A stretch of DNA of 64,000 bases from an uncultured delta proteobacterium (GCA_963816145.1 CAWFJP010000014.1:640001-704000), one strand, 5' to 3'; positions 51,969 through 64,000 are shown, counted from the first letter of the stretch. Made by a program: numbers and translations. The notes: a model not told the origin generated them from the sequence alone.

Positions 51969-53110
51969 TCGCTGCGCTGCTGTTGGTGATTGCCGCCCGC
52001 GGCGAGTTGCCCGGTGCGGTTGCCGAGAGAGATCTCGAAGGGATCAAGAGAAGAATCCAAAACGAAAAGAAAGGATTATCGCAGCTACAATTCAAAGAGG
52101 GCGGCGTGCTCAAATCCCTCGGCAAAATCGAAGACGATCTCGAAAGAAAATCCAGGGAACTCAAGATCGCCGATGCCCGACATACCTCAATTCTCGGCAC
52201 GATTCATAAGACTGAGATCGAGGCCGACAGGTTGCGCGGCTCGATTTCCCAGCGCGAGGATTGGTTCCGCCAACGGGCGGTTGCGCTCTATCGCTGGCAA
52301 CGCAGCGGCAATCCTTTTTGGTTTGTCGATGGGCCAATCGATTTGACTGCAACGCTGCAACGCAAACGCTATCTTGAAGCGACGCTCGCTTTCGACCGGG
52401 AACTGATCGCCGACTTGCAGAGCCAAAGCCGGCGCCAGGAAGTCTTGAGAGTGCAGCTCAGCGAGCAGAAAAATCGATTGGCGGCGCAGAAGAAAGTGCT
52501 GGTGTTGGCTCGTGCCGCGGTAGCGCAGGAGGCGGGCAAGAAAAAGAGCCTGTTGGCGAGCCTGCGCCAAGAAAAAGACACCCGGCTCAAAGCCTTGCGC
52601 GAAATGGAAGCGGCGGCGCAGCGGCTGCAAAAAATGCTTGAAGACATTGCGCGCCGACGAAATGTTCGGCCGAACGAAGCACCGGCGCCGCCTTCGACGG
52701 GCCGCGGCCTCGATGCCTTGCTCGGCCAGATGGACTGGCCGGTAAAGGGGCTGGTGAGCGCGCCCTTTGGCAAATTCAAGCATCCCGAGTTTGCCACCGA
52801 GCTGGTGCGCAAAGGCATCGACATCGATGCGCCGCTCGGCGAAGCGGTCCGCGCGGTCGAAAAGGGCCGGGTAGTATTCGCCGACCGGTTTACCGGCTAC
52901 GGCCGCATGGTGATCGTCGACCATGGCGAGCGTTACTACACAATTTACGCTCATCTTTCTGAAATCATTAGGAAAACCGGTGAAGAGCTACGGCGAGGCG
53001 AGATTCTCGGGCGGGTTGGTGACAGCGATTCGCTGAGCGGCGCCAAACTTTATTTTGAGCTGCGCAAGGATGGCCGCTCTGTCGATCCACTACCATGGCT
53101 GAGGAAGTGA
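51941..53110 (+). CDS. envC: Murein hydrolase activator EnvC
   Basis: Signal peptide, coiled coil, degenerate M23 domain (RKGID, LYFELR) after ftsEX. Confidence 0.9.
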   Translation: MESFSSRALIAALLLVIAARGELPGAVAERDLEGIKRRIQNEKKGLSQLQFKEGGVLKSLGKIEDDLERKSRELKIADARHTSILGTIHKTEIEADRLRGSISQREDWFRQRAVALYRWQRSGNPFWFVDGPIDLTATLQRKRYLEATLAFDRELIADLQSQSRRQEVLRVQLSEQKNRLAAQKKVLVLARAAVAQEAGKKKSLLASLRQEKDTRLKALREMEAAAQRLQKMLEDIARRRNVRPNEAPAPPSTGRGLDALLGQMDWPVKGLVSAPFGKFKHPEFATELVRKGIDIDAPLGEAVRAVEKGRVVFADRFTGYGRMVIVDHGERYYTIYAHLSEIIRKTGEELRRGEILGRVGDSDSLSGAKLYFELRKDGRSVDPLPWLRK

Positions 53111-53177
53111 TAGCTATTCCAAAAACATTGAGCTAGAATTGGCAACTAGTTGTCAGCCAATATTAGGGAGAAATTTC

Positions 53178-54539
53178 ATGCAACTCGTGAAAAGACATGG
53201 AACGCCATTGCTACTGATCGTACTTGGCATCGGCATCGGTTTTTTCCTCTCGGCCCAATGGGTGCCCAATGTATCGGCCGTCGGGCGGCAAGACTACGAG
53301 AGCCTGGAGGCGTTCAGCAACATTCTTTCCATAGTTAAGAAAAACTACGTCGAGGATGTCGAGACCAAAAACTTGGTCAGCGGCGCCATCAACGGCATGT
53401 TGAGTTCTCTCGATCCGCATAGCGCCTACTTGACGCCCGATCTTTACAAGGATTTGCAGAGCGATACCCAGGGACGTTTCGGCGGATTGGGCATTGAGAT
53501 CACCGTCAAGGGCGGCATTCTTACGGTCGTATCCCCCATCGAAGATACCCCGGCTTTCAAAGCTGGCATCCAGCCGGGCGATCAGATTTTCAAAATCGAA
53601 GACGAGTTTACCAAGGATATGTCGTTGGTTGACGCGGTAAAAAAGATGCGCGGTTTGAAGGGCACTAAAATCAATCTGACGATCCGGCGCGAAGGCGCCG
53701 CCGATTTGATCGATGTCTCGATGATTCGTGACGTCATTCGGGTACAGAGCGTGAAAAGCCGCACATTAGAACCTGGTTACGGCTATGTTCGCCTGGCGCA
53801 GTTTCAAGAACGCAGCGACCGGGATGTGCAGCGCGCTTTGGAAAAATTGGCGGCCGAGAAAAGCGGCCTCAAAGGACTGGTTCTCGATCTCCGCAACAAT
53901 CCCGGCGGTTTGTTGAATCAGGCGGTGCGGGTATCGGACCTGTTTCTTGACTCTGGCCTGATCGTTTACACCGACGGCCGCATCGAGTCGCAAAAGCAAA
54001 AGTTCTTCGCCCAAAAGGAAGGGACCTGGATGGATTTCCCACTGGTTGTTCTGGTCAACGGCGGCAGCGCCAGCGCTTCTGAGATTGTCGCCGGCGCGCT
54101 GCAAGATCACAAGCGGGCGGTGGTGCTTGGTACCAAGACTTTCGGCAAAGGGTCGGTGCAGACAATCTTGCCGTTGGATGATAATTCGGCGCTGCGGCTG
54201 ACCACGGCGCGCTATTTCACGCCCAAGGGCCGGTCGATTCAGGCCACTGGTATCGTTCCGGATATCGTGATCGAAAATATCGTACTCCAGGACGGCAAAC
54301 CGGACGAACGAAAACGGCCGAGTTTGCGTGAGGAGAACTTGCCGGGCCACCTGAACAACCCGCAGCAAGACTCGGCTAAAGAACAAGAGCAAATCGATCG
54401 CGAGCGGGAAAAGCAGATTCCGACCTCCGGGCCCACCGGGGACGAGACCATCGATAACGATCAGCAGCTCAAACGCGCTCTCGATCTGTTGAAGAGTTGG
54501 GATGTCTTCAAACAGGTGGTGCAGAAAAAGGCTGCGTAA
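53178..54539 (+). CDS. ctpA: S41 carboxy-terminal processing protease
   Basis: LDPHS, PDZ GLGI, DLRNNPGG, SASASEI, FGKGSVQ. Confidence 0.94.
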   Translation: MQLVKRHGTPLLLIVLGIGIGFFLSAQWVPNVSAVGRQDYESLEAFSNILSIVKKNYVEDVETKNLVSGAINGMLSSLDPHSAYLTPDLYKDLQSDTQGRFGGLGIEITVKGGILTVVSPIEDTPAFKAGIQPGDQIFKIEDEFTKDMSLVDAVKKMRGLKGTKINLTIRREGAADLIDVSMIRDVIRVQSVKSRTLEPGYGYVRLAQFQERSDRDVQRALEKLAAEKSGLKGLVLDLRNNPGGLLNQAVRVSDLFLDSGLIVYTDGRIESQKQKFFAQKEGTWMDFPLVVLVNGGSASASEIVAGALQDHKRAVVLGTKTFGKGSVQTILPLDDNSALRLTTARYFTPKGRSIQATGIVPDIVIENIVLQDGKPDERKRPSLREENLPGHLNNPQQDSAKEQEQIDREREKQIPTSGPTGDETIDNDQQLKRALDLLKSWDVFKQVVQKKAA

Positions 54540-54563
54540 CTTTTCGAACAAGACTGTCTGGAT

Positions 54564-54598
54564 AAAAAAGGCCTTCCTCTCGGAGGGCCTTTTTTTTT
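54564..54598 (+). terminator. Intrinsic terminator
   Basis: aaaaaaggccttcc-tctc-ggagggcctttttttt. Confidence 0.88.
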
Positions 54599-54617
54599 GT
54601 GTTACAGTCGCTGCATT

Positions 54618-55856
54618 ATGGCGCGTCCCACTGCCAAAGAAGTCGATCTTCCATTGTTCGCCGGCGAGTCCCCCAAGTTTCTGAGCGTGAGCGAACTCAA
54701 TGAGCGGATCAAAGGCACGCTGGAGTCTCGACTCGATGCGCTCTGGGTGCAGGGCGAAATCTCTAACTTTCGCATGCCGCCTTCGGGTCATTTCTATTTC
54801 ACACTCAAGGACGACAAAAGTCAGATCTCGGCGGTGATGTTTCGCCGCCAGGGGGGGATGCTGCGCTTCACGCCGGACAACGGCATGGCAGTGCTCTGTT
54901 TCGGCCGGGTGAGCCTCTACACGGTGCGCGGCGATTTGCAGCTTTACGTCGACGATATGGAGCCGCAAGGGCAGGGCGCGTTGGCGCTGGCCTTCGAGCA
55001 GCTGAAAAAAAAGCTTGCCGCTGAAGGATTGTTTGGCAGCGAAAGAAAGCGCGAGCTGCCGTTCCTGCCCCATTCCATCGGCATCGTCACCTCCGGTAAA
55101 GGCGCCGCATTGCATGACATGCTGCGTATCATCGGCGACCGCTATCCCGACCGGCGCATCGTCGTTTGTCCTGTAAAGGTCCAAGGCGATGGGGCGGCGC
55201 GGGAGATCACTGACGGTATTGACGGTCTCAATCGCTTCGGTGCCGTCGATGTGATCATCGTCGGCCGCGGGGGCGGCTCGTTGGAAGATCTCTGGGCATT
55301 CAACGAGGAAGTCGTCGCCCGGGCGATCTTTGCCTCGCGAGTTCCGGTGGTCTCGGCGGTCGGCCATGAGATCGATTTTACCATCGCTGATTTCGTCGCC
55401 GACGCGCGCGCGCCGACGCCCACCGCGGCGGCCGAAATGGTCGTGCCGCGCAAGCGCGACCTCGCCGAGCAAATTGAAAATTTACAAAGCCGCTTGGCGA
55501 GCGGGATGGAGTTCAAACTCGACCAGCTGCGCGATTCCTTTCAGGGCCTGGTCAAGCGCTTGTCCGACCCCGGCCGCAAGCTGCGCGAGAATCAGCAGCG
55601 TGTCGATGAGTTGTCCGTCGACCTCTTGCGCCGTTTTCAAGAGCGCTTGCGCCAGTTGAAAGACCGCCTGGCCGAACGCGCTGGGCGCTTGGGCGCCCTC
55701 AGTCCTTTGGCGGTGCTAGATCGCGGCTATAGCATTACCCACAAGTTGCCCGAGGAGCTGATTGTCAAGAGTTCGGCGGAATTACAGGTTGGCGATCTGC
55801 TGCGTGTCCGCTTTGCCCAAGGCAAGGCCTTGTGCCGGGTGGAGGAGAAGGAGTGA
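54618..55856 (+). CDS. xseA: Exodeoxyribonuclease VII large subunit
   Basis: GEISNF, SGHFYFTLKD, RGGGSLEDLWAFN, GHEID, TPTAAAE, LDRGYS. Confidence 0.97.
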   Translation: MARPTAKEVDLPLFAGESPKFLSVSELNERIKGTLESRLDALWVQGEISNFRMPPSGHFYFTLKDDKSQISAVMFRRQGGMLRFTPDNGMAVLCFGRVSLYTVRGDLQLYVDDMEPQGQGALALAFEQLKKKLAAEGLFGSERKRELPFLPHSIGIVTSGKGAALHDMLRIIGDRYPDRRIVVCPVKVQGDGAAREITDGIDGLNRFGAVDVIIVGRGGGSLEDLWAFNEEVVARAIFASRVPVVSAVGHEIDFTIADFVADARAPTPTAAAEMVVPRKRDLAEQIENLQSRLASGMEFKLDQLRDSFQGLVKRLSDPGRKLRENQQRVDELSVDLLRRFQERLRQLKDRLAERAGRLGALSPLAVLDRGYSITHKLPEELIVKSSAELQVGDLLRVRFAQGKALCRVEEKE

Positions 55857-55857
55857 A

Positions 55858-56778
55858 ATGAGCGCGCGGGCTTTTTGCGTTCTTATTTCCCTCCTGAGTC
55901 TCTTGGTAGCGCAGCCGTTTGCTGCCGCTGGAACAAAAATTATTTGGCCCAAGCCGTTGGAGGCCTTTCAAGGCGACCTCGTGGAAGTGCGGGTCGGCGG
56001 TGAAGATTTGCTCGAAGTCGATGGACTCTTGGGCAAGGAGAGGATTTACTTTCGATCGAGTCAAAACGGTTTTTATACGGCACTGGTGGGTGTCGATGTC
56101 GAAGCCAAGCCGGCAACGGTGAAATTAATTTTGAAGGCGACCACCTCCGGCGGCGAGCAACGTCAGAGCGTGATTCCTCTCAAAATTAAAGCCAAGGCGT
56201 TCCATAAGGAATCTTTCAATGTCCCGCCGAGCTTCGATGAGATGAGTCCGGAAGCGCTCGCCGAAATCCGCCGCGAACAGGCGGCGTTCGCTCGATCCTT
56301 CGCCAACACGGCCGCGGAACGGTTTTGGACCCTGCCGTTCCTTCGGCCCGTCCCTCAGGAGGCGTCGGCGTCAGCCTTCGGTTCACGGCGCGTCGTCAAC
56401 GGCGTGCCACGAGCGCCGCATACCGGGACCGATCTGTCTGCGCCGGCGGGAACCGAGGTGGTCGCCACCAACCATGGCAAAGTGGTGTTGGTTGGCAAAT
56501 ACTTCTTCGCCGGCGGCAGCGTGGTCATTGATCACGGCGGCGGCTTGTACTCGATGTATTTTCATCTGTCGGAAGTCAAAGTCGAAGAGGGCAAGATGGT
56601 GCGGCGCGGCGATGTGCTAGCGCTCTCGGGCGGCACGGGGCGGGTCACGGGGCCACATCTCCATTGGGGCGTGCGTCTTAATAACAGCCGTGTCGATCCG
56701 CTCGATTTATTGCGCAAGTTTTCCTATCAAACGGATGCCGGCGAAGCCGACAAAGCTTTGCTGAAAGCGGAGGAGTGA
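55858..56778 (+). CDS. Secreted M23 family metallopeptidase
   Basis: Signal peptide; intact HTGTD and HLH zinc motifs. Confidence 0.9.
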   Translation: MSARAFCVLISLLSLLVAQPFAAAGTKIIWPKPLEAFQGDLVEVRVGGEDLLEVDGLLGKERIYFRSSQNGFYTALVGVDVEAKPATVKLILKATTSGGEQRQSVIPLKIKAKAFHKESFNVPPSFDEMSPEALAEIRREQAAFARSFANTAAERFWTLPFLRPVPQEASASAFGSRRVVNGVPRAPHTGTDLSAPAGTEVVATNHGKVVLVGKYFFAGGSVVIDHGGGLYSMYFHLSEVKVEEGKMVRRGDVLALSGGTGRVTGPHLHWGVRLNNSRVDPLDLLRKFSYQTDAGEADKALLKAEE

Positions 56779-56779
56779 C

Positions 56780-57037
56780 ATGGCAAAAAAAGAATCTACG
56801 CAAAAGAATTTTGAAAGCGCTTTGGAGGAGTTGGAAGAGGTCGTCGAACAGCTCGAATCCGGTGATCTGCCGCTGGACGATTCGCTGGCGGCTTTCGAAA
56901 AGGGCGTCGGCCTGGTGAAGTTCTGCAATCACAAGCTCAATGAAGTGGAAAAAAAGGTTGAGCTTCTAATCAAGGACAAAGAAGGCAAGCTGCAACTCAA
57001 ATCTCTCCACGATCTACCCGAAGACGATGCCGAGTAG
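56780..57037 (+). CDS. xseB: Exodeoxyribonuclease VII small subunit
   Basis: FESALEELE.VV..LESGDLPL..SL..FEKG. Confidence 0.96.
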   Translation: MAKKESTQKNFESALEELEEVVEQLESGDLPLDDSLAAFEKGVGLVKFCNHKLNEVEKKVELLIKDKEGKLQLKSLHDLPEDDAE

Positions 57038-57054
57038 CCGGGTTTTTTCCCGCC

Positions 57055-57765
57055 TCAGTTCTCCGCCTGCAGGCCGGAAAGCCGTTTCACGGTGTCCGCC
57101 ACTAAGTCGATAAAGCATTGTCGCGACGGGAAGTCGCGCCGATAGATCGGTGCGCCGAAGCTGATATGGGCCACCCAGGTCGATCCAGTGTCATATCGTA
57201 TGCCTGTCGGGATGATCGGGATCGTTTGATGCATCACTTTCTCGGCGCTTTCGGCGACGGCCGCGAATCCCGGCTTGAATGGGAGAAATTCGTCGGCGTG
57301 GGTTTTGGGGGTAAACACCGGATCGATGTACGGAAACCCCTCGGGGAAAATGACCAACAGACGATTTTCTTCGAGAAGTTTGACCGACTGGCGCAGGGCG
57401 GCCAATTGGTAGCGGCGCAGATCGCTAGCTGTGTAAAGTCGGTTCTCTTTCGGGGAGTTTTCGATTGCCTCTTCGCGTAACACCATCGGCCAGCGCGCCA
57501 GGGTGTTGAGGCTGCTCATGAAAAATCTTGTGCGCCGGTTTCGCGCCCAATCCAGCGTCACAATGATATGAAACCGGCGTTCGACCGCGGCAAAAAAAGC
57601 CAGGCCGTCGAACAGATGGTGATAGTGGCGCGCGACAATGATCCCCGGACCCTGCGGCGGCAGATGTTGCAGTCCTTGAGCAACCGTTTTCAAGCGCTTG
57701 CCGGTGAGGATGCGCGCGATCAGGTGCATCGCTCGGTCAACGGCAAAATCGGCAATCGGGTTCAC
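57055..57765 (-). CDS. PlsC-like acyltransferase
   Basis: H..HLFD (HxxxxD), IFPEG, PFKPG, PIIPTG. Confidence 0.82.
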   Translation of the reverse strand: MNPIADFAVDRAMHLIARILTGKRLKTVAQGLQHLPPQGPGIIVARHYHHLFDGLAFFAAVERRFHIIVTLDWARNRRTRFFMSSLNTLARWPMVLREEAIENSPKENRLYTASDLRRYQLAALRQSVKLLEENRLLVIFPEGFPYIDPVFTPKTHADEFLPFKPGFAAVAESAEKVMHQTIPIIPTGIRYDTGSTWVAHISFGAPIYRRDFPSRQCFIDLVADTVKRLSGLQAEN

Positions 57766-57780
57766 AGATTTTTTAGCTCG

Positions 57781-58950
57781 CTACTTGACGTCGCCGATGG
57801 GCTTGAAGACGCCGCCTTTGCCGCGGCGGTAGGTTCGGCCGCGCCAGCTATGATGGCGCCGCAAGGCGAATTGAATGATGCGCAAAACCGCCGGCAGATC
57901 GGCCAACGGCGAAAGCCAGAAGGTCCAGGGCCGGTCGGGGTAGGCGCGGGCGACGCCGAAGAGGACGCCGACTCGGATCATCAATAAAACTCCGGCAAAT
58001 ACTAAAATCGGCAACGGTAATCGAAAGAGCGCGCCAAGAATTACCGCCGGTAAAGGTAAGGCCTGGGCGATGAGGATGCCGAACAATGACATCGCCTCGC
58101 GCCAGCCGAAGTACTGGTCCCGCATGGGCAGAGAACGGGGCCAATTGTTCCAGTTCTCGCGCCAGCTGCCGTACATGTTGACTTCGACAAGTGCGTCGGA
58201 TTCATAAAAGCCGATCTGTTCGCCGCATTCGGCGAGACGGCGCACGATGGTGATGTCTTCGCATAGTGAGGTTTGCGCGGCCTGGAAAGCCGCCGTTCGC
58301 AGCAAGGTCTGGCGAGGCGCAAAAAAACATTGTCCGTTGGCTTGAACGCGGTGGCGATTCTTCGTCGCTCTGCCGGGCGCACCGAAGCGGTAGATCAATG
58401 TGGTCAACATCGCCGGATGAAGCAGCGCTTCGAGATTGCCTGACAGCCGTTGTCCGGTCGCCACGGAAAATATCCTGACCCCGCTTCTTTGAGCGTGGTG
58501 CAGCAGCGAGCGCACTAGCAGCGGTTGGACCATGACATCGGCGTCGACGCAGAGTATCCAATTGCTGGCGGTTGACGCACTTTGCAAACCCCAGTGCAGT
58601 CCCCAGGCTTTTCCCGTCCAACTGGGGTCCACCGGACTGGCGTCGATCAATCTTACGCGTTCATCCACTGCATGATGACGCTGCACGATGGCTTGAGTGC
58701 CGTCGTCGGAGCCGCCATCGATGACCAAAATTTCCTTTACTTCTTCAGGCTGCTGGCATAAAGCCGCAAGGCAGGCATCGATCCGGCCGGCCTCGTTCAG
58801 TACCGGCAAGAGCACCGTGACGCGCTCGCTGGAAGGAATCGAGGAAACCTCGATGCGCAATTTAGTTTTGCCCAGGCCGAACAAGGATTGCCGTTCTTTC
58901 CAGCTGCCGCCGGTGGTTTCAAGATCTGCCGGCGGATAGCAAGGTTTCAC
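57781..58950 (-). CDS. GT2 glycosyltransferase, CruG/CruC-like (carotenoid glycosylation); start uncertain
   Basis: PVLNEA, DGGSDDGT, WTGKAWGL, DAD, PAMLTTLIYRFG, ANGQCF, CED, WPRSL; C-terminal TM segments. Confidence 0.8.
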   Translation of the reverse strand: MKPCYPPADLETTGGSWKERQSLFGLGKTKLRIEVSSIPSSERVTVLLPVLNEAGRIDACLAALCQQPEEVKEILVIDGGSDDGTQAIVQRHHAVDERVRLIDASPVDPSWTGKAWGLHWGLQSASTASNWILCVDADVMVQPLLVRSLLHHAQRSGVRIFSVATGQRLSGNLEALLHPAMLTTLIYRFGAPGRATKNRHRVQANGQCFFAPRQTLLRTAAFQAAQTSLCEDITIVRRLAECGEQIGFYESDALVEVNMYGSWRENWNNWPRSLPMRDQYFGWREAMSLFGILIAQALPLPAVILGALFRLPLPILVFAGVLLMIRVGVLFGVARAYPDRPWTFWLSPLADLPAVLRIIQFALRRHHSWRGRTYRRGKGGVFKPIGDVK

Positions 58951-59728
58951 AGCTGCTAACGCCCGAGACCTGGGTCAGAACAAAGCGGCTTTCCTTTGGG
59001 TCGGGTTCGACCTCGGCCGATTGGTTCAAGAACCCCGGCCACGCGCCGAGCACCCGTTGTTCGAAGAGTTGAGTGTCTATGCTGCCTTCGATTCTCCCCG
59101 GTTGAACAACGCGGCCATTGAGGATCGAGTGGCCGCGTTGGACGACATAGAATTCGCCGTCGGGAAGCAGCGGGATGGAAATCTTGAGTGTCGCGGCCGG
59201 CTTGCCGTCGCCGTCCCAGTCGTATACTGCCGGATCATCGATCTTCGTGGGTAGGGCGGTCTCGTTACCGCTTGATTTGTAGCCAATCCGTTCAACACCG
59301 AGGTCGGCGCGATAGCGCCAGCCCTGCGCGTCTTTATCGAATTGCAGCGGATAGGTGTGCCGTGCCAGCGCCGCGACAAACTTGTCGGGAAAGATCATCT
59401 TGATAAACTTGGAATCGTCGAGCACGCGAAAGTCGCAGGTCTTATGTGTTTGGATCAGCGCCGCGCCGTCGCGTTTGATCTCAACCAGAGAGACTGACTT
59501 GGAGGCCGACTTCGATGTGCCGAAGACCGGCACCCGGGTTGTCGACGCCATGATCATTTCAAGGCGGTAGAAGCCGGCAGGAAGTATCTGATCTTCCTGG
59601 CTGCGAGCAAGATTCGCGACTAGACCAAAACAGATGACCACTGCCGAGATCCCGAGCGTCCGGTATCTCGGCCGGTTGCTGCGATTGCTTTGATGTACAT
59701 TAAAGCAGAGGAATTCAAGTTTTTGCAT
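58919..59728 (-). CDS. Hypothetical exported or membrane-anchored protein (start uncertain)
   Basis: Open frame with hydrophobic segment LGISAVVICFGLV and a DWDGDGKP Ca-binding-like motif. Confidence 0.6.
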   Translation of the reverse strand: MQKLEFLCFNVHQSNRSNRPRYRTLGISAVVICFGLVANLARSQEDQILPAGFYRLEMIMASTTRVPVFGTSKSASKSVSLVEIKRDGAALIQTHKTCDFRVLDDSKFIKMIFPDKFVAALARHTYPLQFDKDAQGWRYRADLGVERIGYKSSGNETALPTKIDDPAVYDWDGDGKPAATLKISIPLLPDGEFYVVQRGHSILNGRVVQPGRIEGSIDTQLFEQRVLGAWPGFLNQSAEVEPDPKESRFVLTQVSGVSSCETLLSAGRS

Positions 59729-59912
59729 TTGATCCCACCAAAATCGATCGTAAAGGGCTAATTGCTTCGCTTTAGAACCTAGTGTCGCTGGACGGGTTTT
59801 TCTTGGCCTGCAATCATTCCTATGTTTAGCAGCTTTTTCCGTTGATTCCATGAGTCGAACGCGAGGGAGTCCGGATTGGTTAGGGTTTGCTCGCGAATCG
59901 TTTCGGCAAAGA

Positions 59913-60720
59913 CTAAGAAGGCAGTCTTTGATCTGCGTCCCAAGCACTACTTTCCGGGTCGACGAGGTCATGCCCGGCGAAAACTTCGTGATATTGGACT
60001 CCGCGGTTATGCAAGCGGTTTAGTAGGCGAGCCGTGCATACGGAACGAACGACTTTGTCCCGGTTGCCTTGAATCAGCAAGGTTGGGACATCGATCTTCG
60101 CCGCCCGCTCAAACGCGCTGCGTCCGAGCTGACGAACTTGCGCAATCGAGGCCAACGACACAGTGGTCTGGCGCAGCGCCTGCTGGATGTGCGGATTGTC
60201 AAGGTCGATGTTGGTATACATCCTGAGGAGAGCGCGGCGGACATCCAGAGCCGAGAAATCAGCGTGACTGAGCGGTTTGATGCGGCGAACGAGTAAATTG
60301 ATCAGCGGCCATAAGATCCTCAACCAGCCTTCGCCGAAACTCCAAAATGGCGCGAGTAAAACCAGACCTGTCGGCGGCTGCTCCAACGCCGTGTGCAATG
60401 CCAAGGCGCCGCCCATGGAGTAGCCGATCAAAAGGACCACTGCGTGCTGCTGCTTCAGTTCTTCCATGGCGTTGATTTGCCGCGGCGGACCAGTCCAGAA
60501 CGCTCCGTTGTTCGAGCGTCGCGATGTCCGCGCCCAAGCCCGGAAGCATTAACCCGTGCACGGTCCAGCCTGCGTCTCTCAGAACCATTCCGAGCGGACG
60601 CATTTCCGCCGGCGTCCCAGGAAAGCCGTGCAAGAGCAGAGCGGCATGATCGCCCGCTTGCCAGCGAAAGGATCTATCTTCAATGCTATCGAATGGTTTT
60701 GGCAGTATCGCTTGGGTCAT
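59913..60720 (-). pseudogene. Alpha/beta-hydrolase (carboxylesterase) split by a frameshift near 60477
   Basis: N part LLLHGFPGTP, LPGLG; C part GYSMGG, IQGNRD, AGH; removing one A gives AINAMEE. Confidence 0.78.
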
Positions 60721-60896
60721 GATTTAAATGCTGGCTTTGGCTTCTTTGTAGAACGTAGCGGAAATTGCCGGCGCGTGGAACTCGCCAAAGTTGTCCTGCG
60801 CAACTGGGTTTTGCGACGCTTTGACTATATAACGGACCGCGCACATTGATAATCGGTAACAGTTGAAAGAAAACAGCACTACCCTATAGCTCATCA

Positions 60897-62344
60897 ATGG
60901 ATCATAAAAATCTTATCCTATTGACTGGCGGCACCGGATACGTCGGCGGCAGGCTGCTGCAAGCGTTGGAAAATAGCGGCTATCTCGTGCGCTGCATCGC
61001 CCGGCGACCGCAAGCGTTGCGCGGGCGGGCGGGCGTAAATACCGAAGTCGTCTTTGGCGACTGTTTCCAGCCCGAATCTCTCAGTGCCGCGATGGCCGGC
61101 GTGCACACGGCATATTACTTGGTTCATTCCATGGGTTCCACCGAATCGTTCGAAACAAAGGATCGCCAAGCCGCCAACAATTTTGCCCAAGCCGCGCACC
61201 GCGCTAAAGTGCAGCGCATCATTTACCTTGGCGGTTTGGGTGAAGGCGCGCTGTCGCCGCATTTAAGAAGCCGTCAGGAAGTTGGCAAAGCTTTAGCGAG
61301 CACGGGCGTGGAGGTCATCGAGTTCCGCGCTTCGATTGTCATCGGTTCCGGAAGTCTTTCTTTTGAAATAATCCGGGCTCTGGTTGAGCGGTTGCCGGTG
61401 ATGATTTGCCCGGCTTGGGTTTCAATGGCGGCGCAACCGATCGGCATCGAAGATCTGGTTCGTTATCTCGTTGAAGCCTTGGATCTTCCGAAAGGCGCTC
61501 CTCCCATTATCGAAGTCGGTGGCGCGGATAGGGTTTCCTACGAAGATATCATGCGCGAATATGCCAGGCAGCGAAATCTTCGCAGGTTGATGATTTCGGT
61601 GCCGGTGTTGACGCCGCGGTTGTCGAGTCTTTGGCTCGGTCTCGTCACGCCTGTTTACGCGCGTATCGGTCGCAAATTAGTCGACAGCATCCGCAATCCC
61701 ACGGTGGTGCGAGATCCCATTGCGCTCACTCTATTCTCGGTCCGACCGCAAGGAGTTCGCGAAATAATCGCCCGAGCGATCGTCAATGAAGATCGCGAAT
61801 TCGCCGCCACCAAGTGGTCCGACGCCTTGTCTTCCCGCGGCGAGGAGTCCGGTTGGGGCGGCGTGCGCTTTGGCAATCGGATTGTCGATTCTCGGGAAGT
61901 GTCAGTGAATTGTTCTGCGGAACAGGCATTTCGACCGATTCGCCGCATCGGCGGCGCAACCGGCTGGTATTACGGCGATTGGCTATGGCAAGTGCGGGGC
62001 TTTTTGGATTTGTTGTGCGGCGGTGTTGGCGTTCGCCGGGGACGGCGTGACCCCGAACAGCTTCAGGTTGGCGATACCTTGGACTTTTGGCGTGTCGAGG
62101 CTTTTGAGCATAATAAAAGACTCCTGCTCGCCGCCGAAATGAAGCTTCCCGGCCGAGCCTGGCTGGAATTTGCCGTTGCAGGCCAAGGGAAGAACTCGTT
62201 GATTCGCCAAACCGCGATCTTCGATCCCATCGGTGTTGCCGGATTGATGTATTGGTATGTTTTGTATCCGGTGCACAAGTTGATGTTCGGGAAGATGCTG
62301 CACGCCCTCGCCGCGGCGTGCCAGGACGACAAAGTCAGAGTCGA

Positions 62345-62348
<4 letters not shown>
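60897..62348 (+). CDS. SDR-fold oxidoreductase with DUF2867 (YbjT-like)
   Basis: TGGTGYVG, YYLVHSM, HLRSR.EVG, GSGSLSFE, IGG.TGWY, DFWRVE, EMKLPGRAWL. Confidence 0.9.
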
Positions 62349-63736
<1,388 letters not shown>

Positions 63737-63741
63737 GAACT

Positions 63742-63999
63742 CTAGGTGCCGGTTGGCCGTGACCGCCTGAGCTGCGCCGGATTGAACCGTGCTTCGAGAA
63801 TTTTGTGGCGATAGTCAAAGATGCGCGCGATATCCGGAGCGACCAAAAGTCGTTGCACGAGTGTGCCGCCGGGCACCGCATATTCAACGTTGTCGCCGAC
63901 CAAAGTACCGCCGTTTCGGATTGCGAAGGTGTGCTCGTGTACCCAAAGCGAATAGGGTCCTTTGATTTGCCGATCGACAAAACGACGGGGCGGTTCCCA
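63742..63999 (-). CDS. 3' part of an SRPBCC family protein, truncated by the window edge
   Basis: Minus strand reads [25 protein letters not shown]...DNVEY...IFDYRH...*. Confidence 0.8.
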   Translation of the reverse strand, partial: WEPPRRFVDRQIKGPYSLWVHEHTFAIRNGGTLVGDNVEYAVPGGTLVQRLLVAPDIARIFDYRHKILEARFNPAQLRRSRPTGT

Positions 64000-64000
64000 G

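Noticed and set aside
51941-53110. M23 domain lacking zinc ligands as a novel pseudo-enzyme
   Set aside because: Normal for EnvC activators
55858-56778. M23 peptidase inserted between xseA and xseB
   Set aside because: Ordinary peptidase and no sign of mobility; I recall this arrangement in other deltaproteobacteria, not verified here

Overview
GC-rich bacterial chromosome segment. Gene order and protein style look deltaproteobacterial, possibly Candidatus Binatia/Binatota (inference only). Most of it is core genome: rlpA, yebC-ruvCAB, queG, yceD-rpmF-plsX-fabD-fabG-acpP-rpiB-glyA-nrdR-ribD-ribE-ribBA-ribH-nusB-leuS-lptE, rpsT, tatC, hppA, tRNA-Leu(UAA), ftsEX-envC-ctpA and xseA-M23-xseB. 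A ~10 kb accessory region follows tRNA-Leu. It holds an ExeA-like ATPase-BON gene, a tyrosine recombinase + IS91 transposase element with structured ends, a stand-alone NRPS A-T didomain, an orphan Flp pilin and a gdhA relic. The right end has a putative carotenoid-modification/light-stress cluster (CruG-like glycosyltransferase, acyltransferase, class II photolyase). The strongest candidate for an undescribed system is an NtrY-like sensor kinase followed by one ORF that fuses an intact NtrX-like receiver domain to an intact LpxC, suggesting direct two-component control of the committed step of lipid A synthesis. Other points: a RibBA whose RibB half looks catalytically dead, two more apparent pseudo-enzymes, a B12 radical SAM enzyme with an 84-aa tandem C-terminal repeat, absence of fabH, fabF and holA from their usual positions, and several kinds of intergenic palindromic repeats. 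All calls come from reading motifs; no database searches were run.
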